Positions 1 through 10,807 of a stretch of DNA of 64,000 bases are shown here, one piece after another. Origin of the DNA: Cyanophora paradoxa CCMP329. Taxonomy: Eukaryota; Plantae; Glaucophyta. Position numbers and translations under genes: made by a program. The notes beneath the pieces were generated by a model that saw only the letters and a program-made list of their open reading frames with translations, searched no databases and was not told the origin of the DNA. The stretch is taken from assembly GCA_004431415.1 (NCBI GenBank), contig QPMI01000457.1, positions 248,001-312,000 on the forward strand, read 5' to 3'. How positions within the stretch are numbered: position 1 is the stretch's first letter; every line of letters begins with the position of its first letter.

Positions 1-2
1 AG

Positions 3-770
3 GAATTCAATGCTGGTGAAATGATAGAACCCCCTTTTCGACTACTCATACTCGGAAAAAGTGGATGCGGAAAAACAGAAGCTGTAAAATATTATTTGAA
101 ACAGCTGCATGATGCCAAAAAGATTGATACAACACTTATTATATCCGCTACCTCATTTTCACATTTTTGGGACAAAGCTGCTACTGTTCAACTGGGTGCA
201 TGGGATCCCCAATACATGTCGAAAATTATAAAAGAAAGAGAGGCAAAAAGGGAGAAAGGAGAAGAACTTAACCATATGCTGGTGATTTTAGAGGATATGA
301 TAGAAAATGACCAGCTGGATCTCAGTCGAGATAAAACAGTGGGAATGCTTTATGTTCGTGGCAGACATGTCAATATATCAATTATAACTATTTCCCAAAA
401 ATTAAGAAAGGTCGCAAGTGTTATTCGCTGCAATAGTGATATAGTAATTATGGTTTGTGCAAGCAATCAAAAAGAGCTGGAAGCATTTGCAGAGGAGTTT
501 TCGACTTTTCCTCGCAAAGAAGATTTCTATCAACTGTTTGAAGAGTATGTCCACTCATATCAATTCCTTGTTTATACATCTTTCAAGTATAATGTGGGCT
601 ACTATGTTGATAAAGCCGATTTAGTTGGAGATTTCGATTTTCCTCGCTTCCACAGGAAGCCCAAGAAGAAAGAAGATGAACTGAAACCACCAGAGAAAGA
701 GGAAGCCCCTAAAGAAGTGAAAAGCCAAGTCCATAGCAATAAATTGATGCGATATAAACGCGGTTTATAA
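3..770 (+). CDS. A32/FtsK-like DNA packaging ATPase (element A); 5' end probably upstream of window
   Basis: Walker A GKSGCGKT, Walker B LVILED, RGRHVNISIITISQ and IRCNSD motifs. The frame is open from base 3 (EFNAGEM), matching the N-termini of the B and C ATPases. Confidence 0.9.
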   Translation, partial: EFNAGEMIEPPFRLLILGKSGCGKTEAVKYYLKQLHDAKKIDTTLIISATSFSHFWDKAATVQLGAWDPQYMSKIIKEREAKREKGEELNHMLVILEDMIENDQLDLSRDKTVGMLYVRGRHVNISIITISQKLRKVASVIRCNSDIVIMVCASNQKELEAFAEEFSTFPRKEDFYQLFEEYVHSYQFLVYTSFKYNVGYYVDKADLVGDFDFPRFHRKPKKKEDELKPPEKEEAPKEVKSQVHSNKLMRYKRGL

Positions 771-798
771 AATTATCTCTCATTCTAATAAAGATACA

Positions 799-1533
799 AT
801 GCCTCCCAAACGAAAGATAGGGATTCCAGCTGGGGCTGTTGGCTATTCAGGTGGTGGAAACAATGGATCCATTAATACTGAACCAATGAAATTCAATGGT
901 ATGAATGAGGTGAAGCCCTCACAGCAAGAAGAAGACCCCCTCAATGCTGCCTATGAGGAATCAGTTGATGACAAAGCCCCACAGGCTTCAACCAGTGACC
1001 AACTCAACATCTCACCAGAAGCCTCAAAAATGAAAGCTGTTGCTGAGGGTGCCAGGCGAATTATTGGGGCTGCTGATGACAAAGGTTTAGGCTTGCAAGA
1101 TCTTTCACTGGCTCGCAAAGGTGAGGGTCTTAGTAAGGAATCAGACAAGGTAATTCAGTCTATGGCTGGTGAAGTCACATACAAGACTGCTCCCACTCAA
1201 AATATTCATCGAATTCCCAAGGCTCAATGGGATGAGATGACTGCTAAACTCAAAGATCTGGAAGCCAAATCCAGTGCCTTGGAGCAGTATGTGACTGAGA
1301 AGAAAGAGAGAGCCAAGCTAAAGGAGATGCTTCGAAAGGAAGTCTATAAAATGGGTATTACTGGTGTCCCAGATAAACAGTTTATTGCTAAGAAAGAGAA
1401 CCAAATCGATGAACAGGCAGTAGATGAAATGAAAACAAAGACCCAGAAGGGAACCATTGAACCTGGTGCTACCAAAGCTGAAGTAGAAAAGGGAGTAGCC
1501 CCAACAGTATATAAAAGACGAGTTTGGCTTTAA
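799..1533 (+). CDS. Conserved hypothetical protein following the ATPase (coiled coil)
   Basis: KLKDLEAKSS...ERAKLKEMLRKE...VPD is shared with 14284..14955 and 38493..39125 at the same position. Confidence 0.8.
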   Translation: MPPKRKIGIPAGAVGYSGGGNNGSINTEPMKFNGMNEVKPSQQEEDPLNAAYEESVDDKAPQASTSDQLNISPEASKMKAVAEGARRIIGAADDKGLGLQDLSLARKGEGLSKESDKVIQSMAGEVTYKTAPTQNIHRIPKAQWDEMTAKLKDLEAKSSALEQYVTEKKERAKLKEMLRKEVYKMGITGVPDKQFIAKKENQIDEQAVDEMKTKTQKGTIEPGATKAEVEKGVAPTVYKRRVWL

Positions 1534-1555
1534 TTATCTCTGTTTTATTAGAGAC

Positions 1556-1828
1556 ATGGATATAATACGAAAGTTTTTCGAGATGTTCAGTCTGCATGTG
1601 GTGAGCAATTGCCACAGTGGATGCTGTGAGACAAGAGTGGAGTTTGAGATGTCAGATAATGAGGATAATGCTTCTGAAGCAAGAGAGAGAAGGAGATCAA
1701 CAGTTTCTGTGGAGTCAATGCCAGCAGACCCCACAGAGTATACATATGAGCAACAGGAGTATCCAAGGAGAAGTTCTCTGCCAGCAGAAAACGTTTTCTC
1801 TGGGAATATAAATGGAGGACACTATTAG
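1556..1828 (+). CDS. Small Cys-motif protein (CxSGCC)
   Basis: N-terminus EMFSLHVVSNCHSGCCETRVE is homologous to 15156..15503. Confidence 0.75.
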   Translation: MDIIRKFFEMFSLHVVSNCHSGCCETRVEFEMSDNEDNASEARERRRSTVSVESMPADPTEYTYEQQEYPRRSSLPAENVFSGNINGGHY

Positions 1829-2057
1829 TTTAATCGAGTTTACCAGTGATGAACCTGTTACTGAGGGTTCTATTAGACACATTCTAGCAATGCAGAAACG
1901 ATATAGAGAGGACCCAGCATATAGAGAGTATAAAAAGCAGCAAGCCCTGGCATCCTATTATCGCAGAAAAGCCCAAAAAGAGGAGCAGAGACCAAGAGGG
2001 AGACCGATTAAATATTATTTGCCTACTGAAAGTAGCAATGGACCCCCAGGTCTATAA
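1812..2057 (+). CDS. Small basic AT-hook-like protein
   Basis: RYREDPAYREYKKQQALASYYRRK...RPRGRP; paralogues at 2822, 15722 and 40007. Confidence 0.75.
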   Translation: MEDTISLIEFTSDEPVTEGSIRHILAMQKRYREDPAYREYKKQQALASYYRRKAQKEEQRPRGRPIKYYLPTESSNGPPGL

Positions 2058-2148
2058 GATAATTGAGAAAAAGCGGTCTCAGTATGCTACTGAGGCAGCT
2101 ATAAAAATATATACAAAGGAATTGGCTTTATTGTTTAAGATGAAGTAG
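2038..2148 (+). CDS. Conserved 36-aa microprotein (not in ORF track)
   Basis: Manual translation MDPQVYKIIEKKRSQYATEAAIKIYTKELALLFKMK is homologous to 15531..15671. Confidence 0.65.
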   Translation: MDPQVYKIIEKKRSQYATEAAIKIYTKELALLFKMK

Positions 2149-2434
2149 AACGACTCATTAATTTGTTAAAGAGTCGTTTTCTTGTGGCAGTGTTTGAATG
2201 ATTTTTTTTGTTAATTGAAGAGAGGTAGTTTGGGTCTATTATCATGCCCAATACATCTCTCTCTACTTTCTGTCGAAATTCCTTGTTTCGCTTATTATCA
2301 GCCTGACCAATATTTATTCCTGTTGAGTGGAGACTACTCTCTACAATAGCATCAACTAATCCTTTATGATCTTTCCAGAGGGTATCTTTTTCAATCTTTT
2401 CGGCAAGAATTCCTTTGGCAATTTGAGCAGCCAT
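2135..2434 (-). CDS. Hypothetical protein
   Basis: 99-aa ATG-initiated ORF filling the gap; no recognised motif. Confidence 0.5.
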   Translation of the reverse strand: MAAQIAKGILAEKIEKDTLWKDHKGLVDAIVESSLHSTGINIGQADNKRNKEFRQKVERDVLGMIIDPNYLSSINKKNHSNTATRKRLFNKLMSRSTSS

Positions 2435-2506
2435 TGTTGTTTTCTTATTAATATATCTGATAAATCTTTAAGTCAGTTTACACAATCATTTTTTGTTGAT
2501 GAAAGG

Positions 2507-2705
2507 TTGTCAGGCAGCAAGAAGTTTGTCAGGCAGGAAACACATTGATTTTCACAAACGTTTCCAATTCTCAATGTCATTGTTTGAATCAACAATGAAA
2601 TTTTCATTATAGAAAAGTTTTCTAAAAAGGTGCCTGACAATGCCTGACATACTATATTAGTGCCTGACAACTATTTGAAAGTGCCTGACAAACCATTTAT
2701 GGTAA
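2507..2705 (-). repeat. Iteron-like TGTCAGGCA module, copy 1 (inverted relative to copies 2 and 3)
   Basis: Two TGTCAGGCA, an AT-rich spacer, then four TGCCTGACA. 2576..2705 is a near-exact reverse complement of 11056..11185. Confidence 0.85.
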
Positions 2706-2821
2706 CAGTATAGGAATTATCTCTGTTACCAAAAAATGACGAATCATAAACTACTTAAGGAAATCAAGCATATTGCAAAATGACAAAACATTTTTCTCGG
2801 TTATAGTTAAGAGACACCCAA

Positions 2822-3052
2822 ATGGATACTGATCAAACTGTAACTGAGAGCAAAAGTTTTGAGAAGATCTCTTCTGCAATGAAGAAAAAGATCTCAAACC
2901 AAATTTATTATAATAAAAGATATGAAGAGGATGAGGAATATCGTGAAATTCGCCGCAAAAGGGCATTAGCCTATTACTACTATAAAAAGCAACTCACAAT
3001 TGACCCAAATTTCCCAGAAGGTCGACCTGTAGGTCGTCCTCGGAAATACTGA
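2822..3052 (+). CDS. Small basic AT-hook-like protein
   Basis: KRYEEDEEYREIRRKRALAYYY...GRPVGRPRKY. Confidence 0.75.
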   Translation: MDTDQTVTESKSFEKISSAMKKKISNQIYYNKRYEEDEEYREIRRKRALAYYYYKKQLTIDPNFPEGRPVGRPRKY

Positions 3053-3226
3053 AATGCCGGTTCATTATTTTTGTATGGGGAATTCATAAAAAAACTGATA
3101 CACTACTACCAATAATCGATATAATTCGAAGCCAACCCAAAAGGACTTAAAGGTTTGGCAACAAAAAATGACAAGGATTTTCAGATAAAATATTTTATCT
3201 GCTTAATATAGAAACGTTCAAGAAAG

Positions 3227-5618
3227 ATGTTTAGCTCAAAGAAACCCAACAATCTCGATATCACTCTTATTGAAAAAGTATCTCGCCCTACTCTTAAGTA
3301 TTTAATCGATAATTTCGAGGGTTTGAGTTATAGACCAGATGTGGATTCTACTGCTACTTTGACTCTCCTGAAGAAATACATGAAAGACTTGCATTCAAAT
3401 GGAACCATTCAAGTTAAATACTATCAATGCAAACACCATACTGGGAGATATTTCACTACTCTCTCACACATCAAAAACAAAAAAGCAAGCATGCAGAGTA
3501 TGCCTCGGGAATTTAGACACACCTTAGCAAGGGATTTGTATTATGATATTGATATGAAAAATGCTCATCCATCGATACTCGTCCAGTATTGCCAAAAAAT
3601 GACATAAACTGTGATTTCCTTGCTGAGTTTGTTGCCAATCGAGATAAAATCGTTAGTGATTTAAGCAAAAAGTGTGATCTTACTCGTGAAGAAATTAAGT
3701 GCGCCTTCTTATCTGTGATTAACGGAGGAGGAGGCATTGAGTGTCCCGATTTACACAAAGAAATGGCTTTTAAAAAGGTTAAACAAGAAATTGGTGGTAT
3801 TCATGCTTCTATTGCTGAATTAAAAGAAAATACCAACTTCCTTGCTATTTGCAAGCGAAAGAAGGGCTACAATGTGTTAGGTTCCACTGTTAACATGGTT
3901 CTTTGTCAGATCGAGAATATTGCTCTTATGGCTCTGTGTGAGTATCTAACCTCCATCAAACTCACTGTTGGTGTTCTTGTATTTGATGGCTGCATGATTG
4001 AAAAGTCACCTAATCTATCACTGGAAAAACTTACTGATATTCTCAAAGATGCAGAGAACTATATCCAGCAGTCCACAGGATACAAATTAGGCTTAGTTGT
4101 TAAGCCTATGGATCAGGGTTTCGAGCTTCCAGATGAAGCTTCTCTGAAAGCAAACGATTTTCGAATTTGCTCTACAGACTATGAGGCTGCTACTCTGTTT
4201 GCTGAAGATATCAAAAATGATGTCAAGCAATCCAATGGTCGTATATTTGTCAAAACAGATGAGAACCTTTGGACTGAGGAAACCAATCAAGTGGAAAATA
4301 TGCTTTTAAAGAAGTGCCTTCAAGCAAAGATCTATCATGAGGGTCTGACAGGTCTAACAGAGTATACCGCAAATATAACAGGCGCTCAAAAAGTAATCAA
4401 AGCTACAAAAGCTCTTCTGCCAAATGATAGTGAGTTTGTGAATAATGTCCTTTGGTCTTCATCTCTTGGAAAATTGTGTTATAAAAATGGTGTGTATGAT
4501 TTCGAAACCAAAAAGCTTACTCCTTGGGCAGAGTGTCAAAACGTCTATTCCACTACTAGAATTGAAAGAGATTTACTTGTAGATGATCGAGGATATGTAG
4601 TCAAGCCGTCAGAAGAGCATATAAAAATCCTCTACGAAAACATACTTGAACCTGTGTTTGGAGCAGATGCAATTAATACTGCTCTCGAATTTACAGCAAG
4701 AGCAATGGCAGGCAAAGTAGAGGATAAACAATGGGGACTATCATCAGGTGAGCGCAATTGTGGAAAAGGAGTTTATGTCAATCTTAATGAGAACACTTGG
4801 GGGAGTGGTTATGTAAACACTATTGGAGGAGAATCTTTCCTGATGGACAAACATTCAGATTCTGATGAGGCTAAAAAGCTAAAATGGATGAAACCATGTG
4901 AATTTCGCCGTTTAACATTTACCCAAGAGATGAAGTTTGATGTTTCGAATCCAAGTATCAAGATAAATGGCAATATGATTAAAAAGAAAGAATCTGGTGG
5001 TGATATTCAATGCATTCGAATCCTATATGGAAATGAGCAAAATATAAGACTCCAAAGTAGGCTCTGGATGATCATGAATGATATGCCCCTGTTTCTCCAT
5101 CTGATACACTTGAGACTCTTGTTTTCTTTCAGCATCCCCACAAGTTTGTGGATCAGAAAACAATGGATGAAATGAAGCTCCCATGCTATAGATTGGCTTC
5201 TGAAGATATTAAAAGTGATCTGCTTAAACGCCCTGAAATCATTCATGCTTTCCAATGGTCAGTATTCCAAGCATACAAATCCCACAAAGTCCAGATATGT
5301 GGCAAGGTGGCAAATGATACTGCTGCTTTCAGAGAGGATGCAGGTGATGAAATTCAAATACTAAAAAGCAGATTTGAATTTACAGGAAATCCTTCTGATT
5401 CTCTGTCAAGCAAAACTGTAGATGAGGAGTTAAAAGCTTTGAAACTCAATATGTCTGCAAGCAGGGTTAAGAGAGTAATGGAGATGTTGGGAGCCAAATA
5501 TGACAAATATGCAGTGAGAAAGGCAACTTCAAAAGTATATGATAGAGGTTACAAGTGTGTAAAACTGATTTCGGAAAATACAACAGAGTTTATTGATGAG
5601 GATGATGATGATTGTTAA
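3227..5618 (+). pseudogene. TVpol (family-A polymerase-like primase) fused to SF3/D5 helicase; two apparent -1 frameshifts
   Basis: PolA-like motifs DIDMKNAHPSIL, INGG, QIEN and LVFDG; helicase Walker A GERNCGKG. Three ORFs join if one base is added to the A6 run (3594-3599) and one to the C4 run near 5087, so this may be a sequencing error rather than decay. Confidence 0.8.
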
Positions 5619-5622
5619 AAAG

Positions 5623-5768
5623 CTGTCAGGCACTGTCAGGCACCTTTCTATTTAACTTTTATAAGTTTATGGTTTCATTAGTTTTCTCAAACACTGACTT
5701 GAAAAAGTGACAGAGTTTCTTAATGTTGGCTGAATCAGCTGCCTGACAATCGAAGTCTGCCTGACGAT
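5623..5768 (+). repeat. Iteron-like TGTCAGGCA module, copy 2, immediately after the primase-helicase stop
   Basis: Two TGTCAGGCAC, about 100 bp of AT-rich spacer, then two TGCCTGAC. Confidence 0.8.
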
Positions 5769-5820
5769 TTAAAACAAATACATTATAATATTCTTATAAT
5801 AAAAAGTAGTAGTACCAACA

Positions 5821-6138
5821 ATGACAAGCTGGACTACCAGAATGAGTTCAATGATTGAGAACAAACATTTCGATAAAGATGATTTGAAGGATATACCAGC
5901 TCTTATAGACAAAATCATCAAATGCCAAAGCAAATGTGATGGGTATCAAATGTCACAACTTTCCTCCAAAGATATTGATTGTTTGCGATTACAAACAGAG
6001 AAAAACTTAATTAACGCCCTTAAACAGTATCACAAAAACCCAAATGTATGGACAAAAAATGGATCACATAATCCAATGCATTACAAAGCCAAATTGCGAA
6101 AGAAACTAGAAAATCGCGTTCAGAACATCTCAGAATAA
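5821..6138 (+). CDS. Hypothetical protein
   Basis: 105-aa ORF between helicase and PolB; no recognised motif. Confidence 0.5.
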   Translation: MTSWTTRMSSMIENKHFDKDDLKDIPALIDKIIKCQSKCDGYQMSQLSSKDIDCLRLQTEKNLINALKQYHKNPNVWTKNGSHNPMHYKAKLRKKLENRVQNISE

Positions 6139-6172
6139 AATATTTGTTGAGAGTAGGAACAAGTTAGGAACT

Positions 6173-9100
6173 ATGCCCCGAATCAGCAACAGACTCATAA
6201 GAGAGAAGAAATGGGAACTCATGGGATTACTGGGAACACTGTATGCAGCCCATGAAATCACAGAGGCTGAATATGACCGGGAAATCGGATTTATTTCAAG
6301 GGGCAGACCCACTTTAGCAAAATTAACCAGAAAAGCCAATAACCTCTATGACAAAGTTGAGACTCTTGATGAACTCGATCGCCTGAGGCAAATAGAACCA
6401 GAGGCAGAAGATGGCACAGCCATGAATGAATTATATCGCTGGCTCACATACAGAGCCAGAAGGGAAGTTGTTGTAGATGTGATTGAATATTTAGATAGAA
6501 TTGCAACCTCTCTTCCAAAACGTTTAAGAGACAGTCTAGATCAATTCAGGGCAATCAAAGTTCGCTTATCTTTTATCTGCAAGTTCGTTAAAGTCAGCAA
6601 TCCACAGGTTTGGATATCGAAATACATTTACAGTGATTATTTTGTATTAACCAAATCGAGAAATATTCGAACTGAGCTGAATAAAGCAGCCCAAATGTGT
6701 CAGGAACAGATGAATGTTGTTGATAGCTATCGACTTGAGAGAATCAAAATGCTAAGAGTTGCTATTATGAGTTATGCTCCAACTGGTGGCTGCTATGTTA
6801 AAACACCAGAATCAATTGCAGCCAAGAGAGCCACAGTGAATATTCGAAATATTGATGATTCTTGCTTTGAAAATGCCATTTTGGCATGGATCCATAGGAA
6901 AGATGTAAATTCCCACAAGAGAAGTGAGCTTACACAATATCGCAAATGGAAATACTCACCAACCACATACAATCCTTTGGCTCTCAATTTCGACAATATC
7001 CCATTCCCTGTTGCCTGTGATGCTGAAATAATTGATAAATTCGAGGCTCAAAATGCAGGCATTAGCATTAATATATTTGGAATCGATGGAGAGGTTATTT
7101 ATCCCCTGCATCAATCCAGCAACCCAGGCAGAAAGCAAAAGATTAATCTCATGCTCATTCATGATGATGAAGGGAATGGTCACTATATTACTATTATGTC
7201 ACTCTCAAGACTTCTCAGAGTTGCCCTTGATAAAACCAAGGATCAAAAGTTACACTACTGTGACACATGCTTATCTCGATTCAGGTCTGAGGCTAAACTC
7301 ACTGCTCATGTGGACTCAAATAGATGCATTGATTGGAGACTCTCAAAGGGAATCACACCAAAACCTGAGACCACCATAGAGTTTGGACTGAAAAACCTCA
7401 GGAAAACTGTTTGGCTTCCTGTTGTGGTTTACTGCAAGATTGAACATAGAAGCATCCCCATTGATGCATCAAAATCTAAGAGGGAAGTCTCAGCAGTCAA
7501 CCTGAGAGTAGTCACTGGGGCAGATGTTCAGGAGTTTCGATTTGAGGGTCAGGATCCAATGGGAGGTCTGTTTGAATGCTTGGAGTCCAAAGCAAGAGAG
7601 CTAATCGATTTCCTGTTCACCAATATTCCCATGAATGAACTCACAGATGAGCAAAAGGCTATTTACAGAGCTACCAAACACTGTTACCTTTGCAGTGAGA
7701 GGTTCACCAAGGAAAACTTCAAATGCAGGGATCATGATCACCACACAGGTAATTACATTGCACCTGCATGCAGAAACTGCAATCTCCATAGGAGAATCTC
7801 AAAGCAAACAAAAGTAGCAGTGGTTGTTGACCAAATGGATGACTGTGGGACATTCATTTTCAGAAAAATAGCAGGCATGGGTGATAAAAAGCGAATCGAA
7901 ATCCTTTCGAAAAACTTTGATCAATACCTTTCATTGCAATGGGGTCTTTACAAGTTCATTGATGCAAGTAATTTTATGGACTTTGGGGCTGCTGATGTAG
8001 ATGAGTTAATGAGCAAATTCCAGGCTTTCAGAAGGCTTTCACACTCAGTATATGGATTGGACCCAGTTCATTATGTATCTGCACCTGGGTTATCTTGGGA
8101 TGCTATGCTTAGGACCACCAAGGCAAAAATAGAGCTTATAAGTGATGTAGAGCAATACGAATTTGTTGAGAGGGGAATCAGGGGTGGCTTTGCAACAATG
8201 CCTTGTAGGTATGCTGAGGCTGATGGTGAAAACTCCCATATAATGCTGTTTGATGCTAACAACTTGTATGGCTACTGTTTGAGTCAGCCAATCCCAGTTG
8301 GTGATTTTAGATGGGAGACCGAATTCAACCCACAAGATAACAGATCCAGTTTCCTAGAAGTTGATCTGGATTACCCAATTAGGCTGTTTCTAGATCACAG
8401 TGATTTTCCCCTAATTATTAACAAGAAAATAGTAGAATATGCAGAATTATCACAATATCAAAAGAGCCTATTAGATCTCTCAGGAGAAGAGCTTGATAAG
8501 ACCCCTAAGCTAACTGCAACCTTTGGTTCTGTGACCAACTATGTGATTTCTGAGCCTCTTCTACAGTATCTGTTGGACAAAGGGGTGAAACTAAAGAAGG
8601 TTCACAGGGTCCTATCATTTACTGTGGCTCCTGTAATGAAACCCTACATTGAGCTGAATACTGAGATGAGAAGGAAAGCAGTGAATAAATTCGAGGCTGA
8701 TTTCTATAAACTCATGAATAACTCAATCTATGGGAAATGCATTGAATCTTGCAGAGGTAGATCTGTGGTTAAGATTGCAAACAGTGAGAAACTGTTTATG
8801 AAATATGCAGCTTCCCCATTGGTGAAATCAACAAGTCCCATAAACGAAAAAGCAGTTGCCTTTGAGTTTTACACAAAGCATGTGAAGCTAGATAAGCCAG
8901 TTGCTATTGGGGCTTATGTTCTGGATGCAGCCAAACTGCATAACTACAAGTTCTTCTATGATACTGTAAGGTCCCAATGGACAAAAGCAAAGTTACTATT
9001 CCATGATACTGACTCCTTTTGTCTATATATCGAATCTAAGACCCTCCAAGAGGACCTGGGGAATATCTCTTATGCATTGGACCTAGGGGGGTCTAACAGA

Positions 9101-9418
9101 ATGACCCCAGGTAAATACAAAAATGAAATGCCTGGCTCTGCTATATTGGAGTATGTGGGTCTGAGAGCAAAAGTTTACAGTTTCAGAACTGCTGAGATTG
9201 AGAGGAGTAAGCTCTCTGGGACTTCCACTGAGGAACTCCAATTTAATGATTTTAAGCAGTGTTTATTTGCAGGTATCAGCAAGACTGTGACTGCAAAGCA
9301 GAAAAGAAGGGCAGATCACACAATAATAGACACTGTGAGTAGAAGGGTTGCCCTAAACTGCTTTGATGCAAAGAGATACATCTTACCAGATGGTATTAAT
9401 TCTGTTCCTTTTAATTAA
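6173..9418 (+). CDS. polB: Protein-primed family B DNA polymerase (Polinton type) with degenerate 3'-5' exonuclease
   Basis: DANNLYG, YKLMNNSIYGK, FHDTDS and GLRAKVY motifs; EndoVII-like Zn insert CRDHDHHTG...CRNCN; N-terminal NIDDSCF...GHY region. Confidence 0.93.
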   Translation: MPRISNRLIREKKWELMGLLGTLYAAHEITEAEYDREIGFISRGRPTLAKLTRKANNLYDKVETLDELDRLRQIEPEAEDGTAMNELYRWLTYRARREVVVDVIEYLDRIATSLPKRLRDSLDQFRAIKVRLSFICKFVKVSNPQVWISKYIYSDYFVLTKSRNIRTELNKAAQMCQEQMNVVDSYRLERIKMLRVAIMSYAPTGGCYVKTPESIAAKRATVNIRNIDDSCFENAILAWIHRKDVNSHKRSELTQYRKWKYSPTTYNPLALNFDNIPFPVACDAEIIDKFEAQNAGISINIFGIDGEVIYPLHQSSNPGRKQKINLMLIHDDEGNGHYITIMSLSRLLRVALDKTKDQKLHYCDTCLSRFRSEAKLTAHVDSNRCIDWRLSKGITPKPETTIEFGLKNLRKTVWLPVVVYCKIEHRSIPIDASKSKREVSAVNLRVVTGADVQEFRFEGQDPMGGLFECLESKARELIDFLFTNIPMNELTDEQKAIYRATKHCYLCSERFTKENFKCRDHDHHTGNYIAPACRNCNLHRRISKQTKVAVVVDQMDDCGTFIFRKIAGMGDKKRIEILSKNFDQYLSLQWGLYKFIDASNFMDFGAADVDELMSKFQAFRRLSHSVYGLDPVHYVSAPGLSWDAMLRTTKAKIELISDVEQYEFVERGIRGGFATMPCRYAEADGENSHIMLFDANNLYGYCLSQPIPVGDFRWETEFNPQDNRSSFLEVDLDYPIRLFLDHSDFPLIINKKIVEYAELSQYQKSLLDLSGEELDKTPKLTATFGSVTNYVISEPLLQYLLDKGVKLKKVHRVLSFTVAPVMKPYIELNTEMRRKAVNKFEADFYKLMNNSIYGKCIESCRGRSVVKIANSEKLFMKYAASPLVKSTSPINEKAVAFEFYTKHVKLDKPVAIGAYVLDAAKLHNYKFFYDTVRSQWTKAKLLFHDTDSFCLYIESKTLQEDLGNISYALDLGGSNRMTPGKYKNEMPGSAILEYVGLRAKVYSFRTAEIERSKLSGTSTEELQFNDFKQCLFAGISKTVTAKQKRRADHTIIDTVSRRVALNCFDAKRYILPDGINSVPFN

Positions 9419-9421
9419 GAG

Positions 9422-10807
9422 ATGCCAGCAACTGGAAGAATAGTTAGGAGAACCACTGAGCAACTGCAAGGAAACCTACTGCCCATCACAGTTCCAAAGG
9501 AGGAAAAGGGGGAATCTCGAATTGTAAAAAAGTCTGAAATGAAAGAGCTTGTCCCAGTAGAGATTCCAGTTGCTATTGCAGTGAAAGAAACAAGCAAGAT
9601 TGCCAAGAGATTCTATGATGTGAGAACTGGTTACAAAGGGCTTCAAGCTATGAGGGCTGAGTTACCTGATGAATCCTATAAGCAGTTGCAAGAGTTCTAT
9701 AAAAAACAAGAAGTTGTTCAGATCAATGCACCTGCTATATCTAGGAAGAGAGATCCCATGGTCCCAATTAGGCAACCCCTTGATACCTATGTGATTGATT
9801 TGCTCTTTTTCCCAGCTTATAAGAAACAAAACAATGGCTATGATACCTTTATGACTGCAATGGAATCTACACTGAGAACTGGGTATATCATACCTATAAG
9901 GGATAAATCAGCTCTCACTACATTAGCTGCATTTAAACAGCTTGAAATGAGAGTGGCAAGACCCATAGTAAAGGTTCAATCAGATGCTGGGAGTGAGTTC
10001 CAAAATCGAATATTCCAGGAGTATTTATCTAGTAAATACATAGAACACCAAGTGAGTGGAACTGCAGACCACAGAAGCCAAGGTCGAATTGAAGCCTTTA
10101 ACAAGCAGATTAAGAGACTGATCACAAACTACTGCATAGCTAATAACACAGCTAGATTCTTTGATGTGTTGGGTGATATTGAGTTTAATTACAATAATAC
10201 AGTTCACTCAGCTACTAAGATGAAGCCAGGTGAAACTACAGAGGAGCATTATAGGTATATAGTGGGATTAGAAGATGAAAGATTCAAGAAATCAATAGCT
10301 TATCTTGATACCATGCAGCCTGGCATGTTTGTTAGAGTGAAAGTTGAGAAGAACCCCTTTGCTAAACAGGGTAACAATTGGTCTAGGATGGTTTACACTG
10401 TTGATAGTAGAGAAGGCTTTAAGTTTAAGCTAAAGAGTCCCACTGGAGAGATCATAGATAACAGGTTTGCTTTCCATGAGCTGTTGCCTGTGAATGCAGT
10501 TGAGTATCTGGAAGCCCCTACAGTGGATGCCTTAGAGCAAGCTAAAGAGGAAGCCAGGGCTGATGCTGCTATAAGGAGAGAAGGCATAGAAGCTGCTAAT
10601 GAAGTCCCAGATAAGCCTTTGATAGAGGCTAGAAAGGAGAAGGCTGGCAAAGTTAACAGGGAACTCAAAAAGCTCACTATAGCAGGCACACAGAAACTTT
10701 CAGAAGTGAATAGCCAGAGATGGTATAATGACTTTCAGACTACTAAGGAGTCATATACAGCCCCTAAACCTCAAAGAACACTAAGAGAAAGGACCAAAAC
10801 TAGCTAA
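9422..10807 (+). CDS. Retroviral-like (rve) DDE integrase
   Basis: YVIDLLF (D), QSDAGSEF (D), GRIEAFNK (E) and YNNTVHSAT. Confidence 0.92.
   Translation: MPATGRIVRRTTEQLQGNLLPITVPKEEKGESRIVKKSEMKELVPVEIPVAIAVKETSKIAKRFYDVRTGYKGLQAMRAELPDESYKQLQEFYKKQEVVQINAPAISRKRDPMVPIRQPLDTYVIDLLFFPAYKKQNNGYDTFMTAMESTLRTGYIIPIRDKSALTTLAAFKQLEMRVARPIVKVQSDAGSEFQNRIFQEYLSSKYIEHQVSGTADHRSQGRIEAFNKQIKRLITNYCIANNTARFFDVLGDIEFNYNNTVHSATKMKPGETTEEHYRYIVGLEDERFKKSIAYLDTMQPGMFVRVKVEKNPFAKQGNNWSRMVYTVDSREGFKFKLKSPTGEIIDNRFAFHELLPVNAVEYLEAPTVDALEQAKEEARADAAIRREGIEAANEVPDKPLIEARKEKAGKVNRELKKLTIAGTQKLSEVNSQRWYNDFQTTKESYTAPKPQRTLRERTKTS

Noticed and set aside
3590-5095. Programmed ribosomal frameshifts in the TVpol-helicase
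   Set aside because: Both breaks are one-base shortfalls in homopolymers inside conserved domains, without a canonical slippery heptamer. Sequencing error or recent mutation is more likely.
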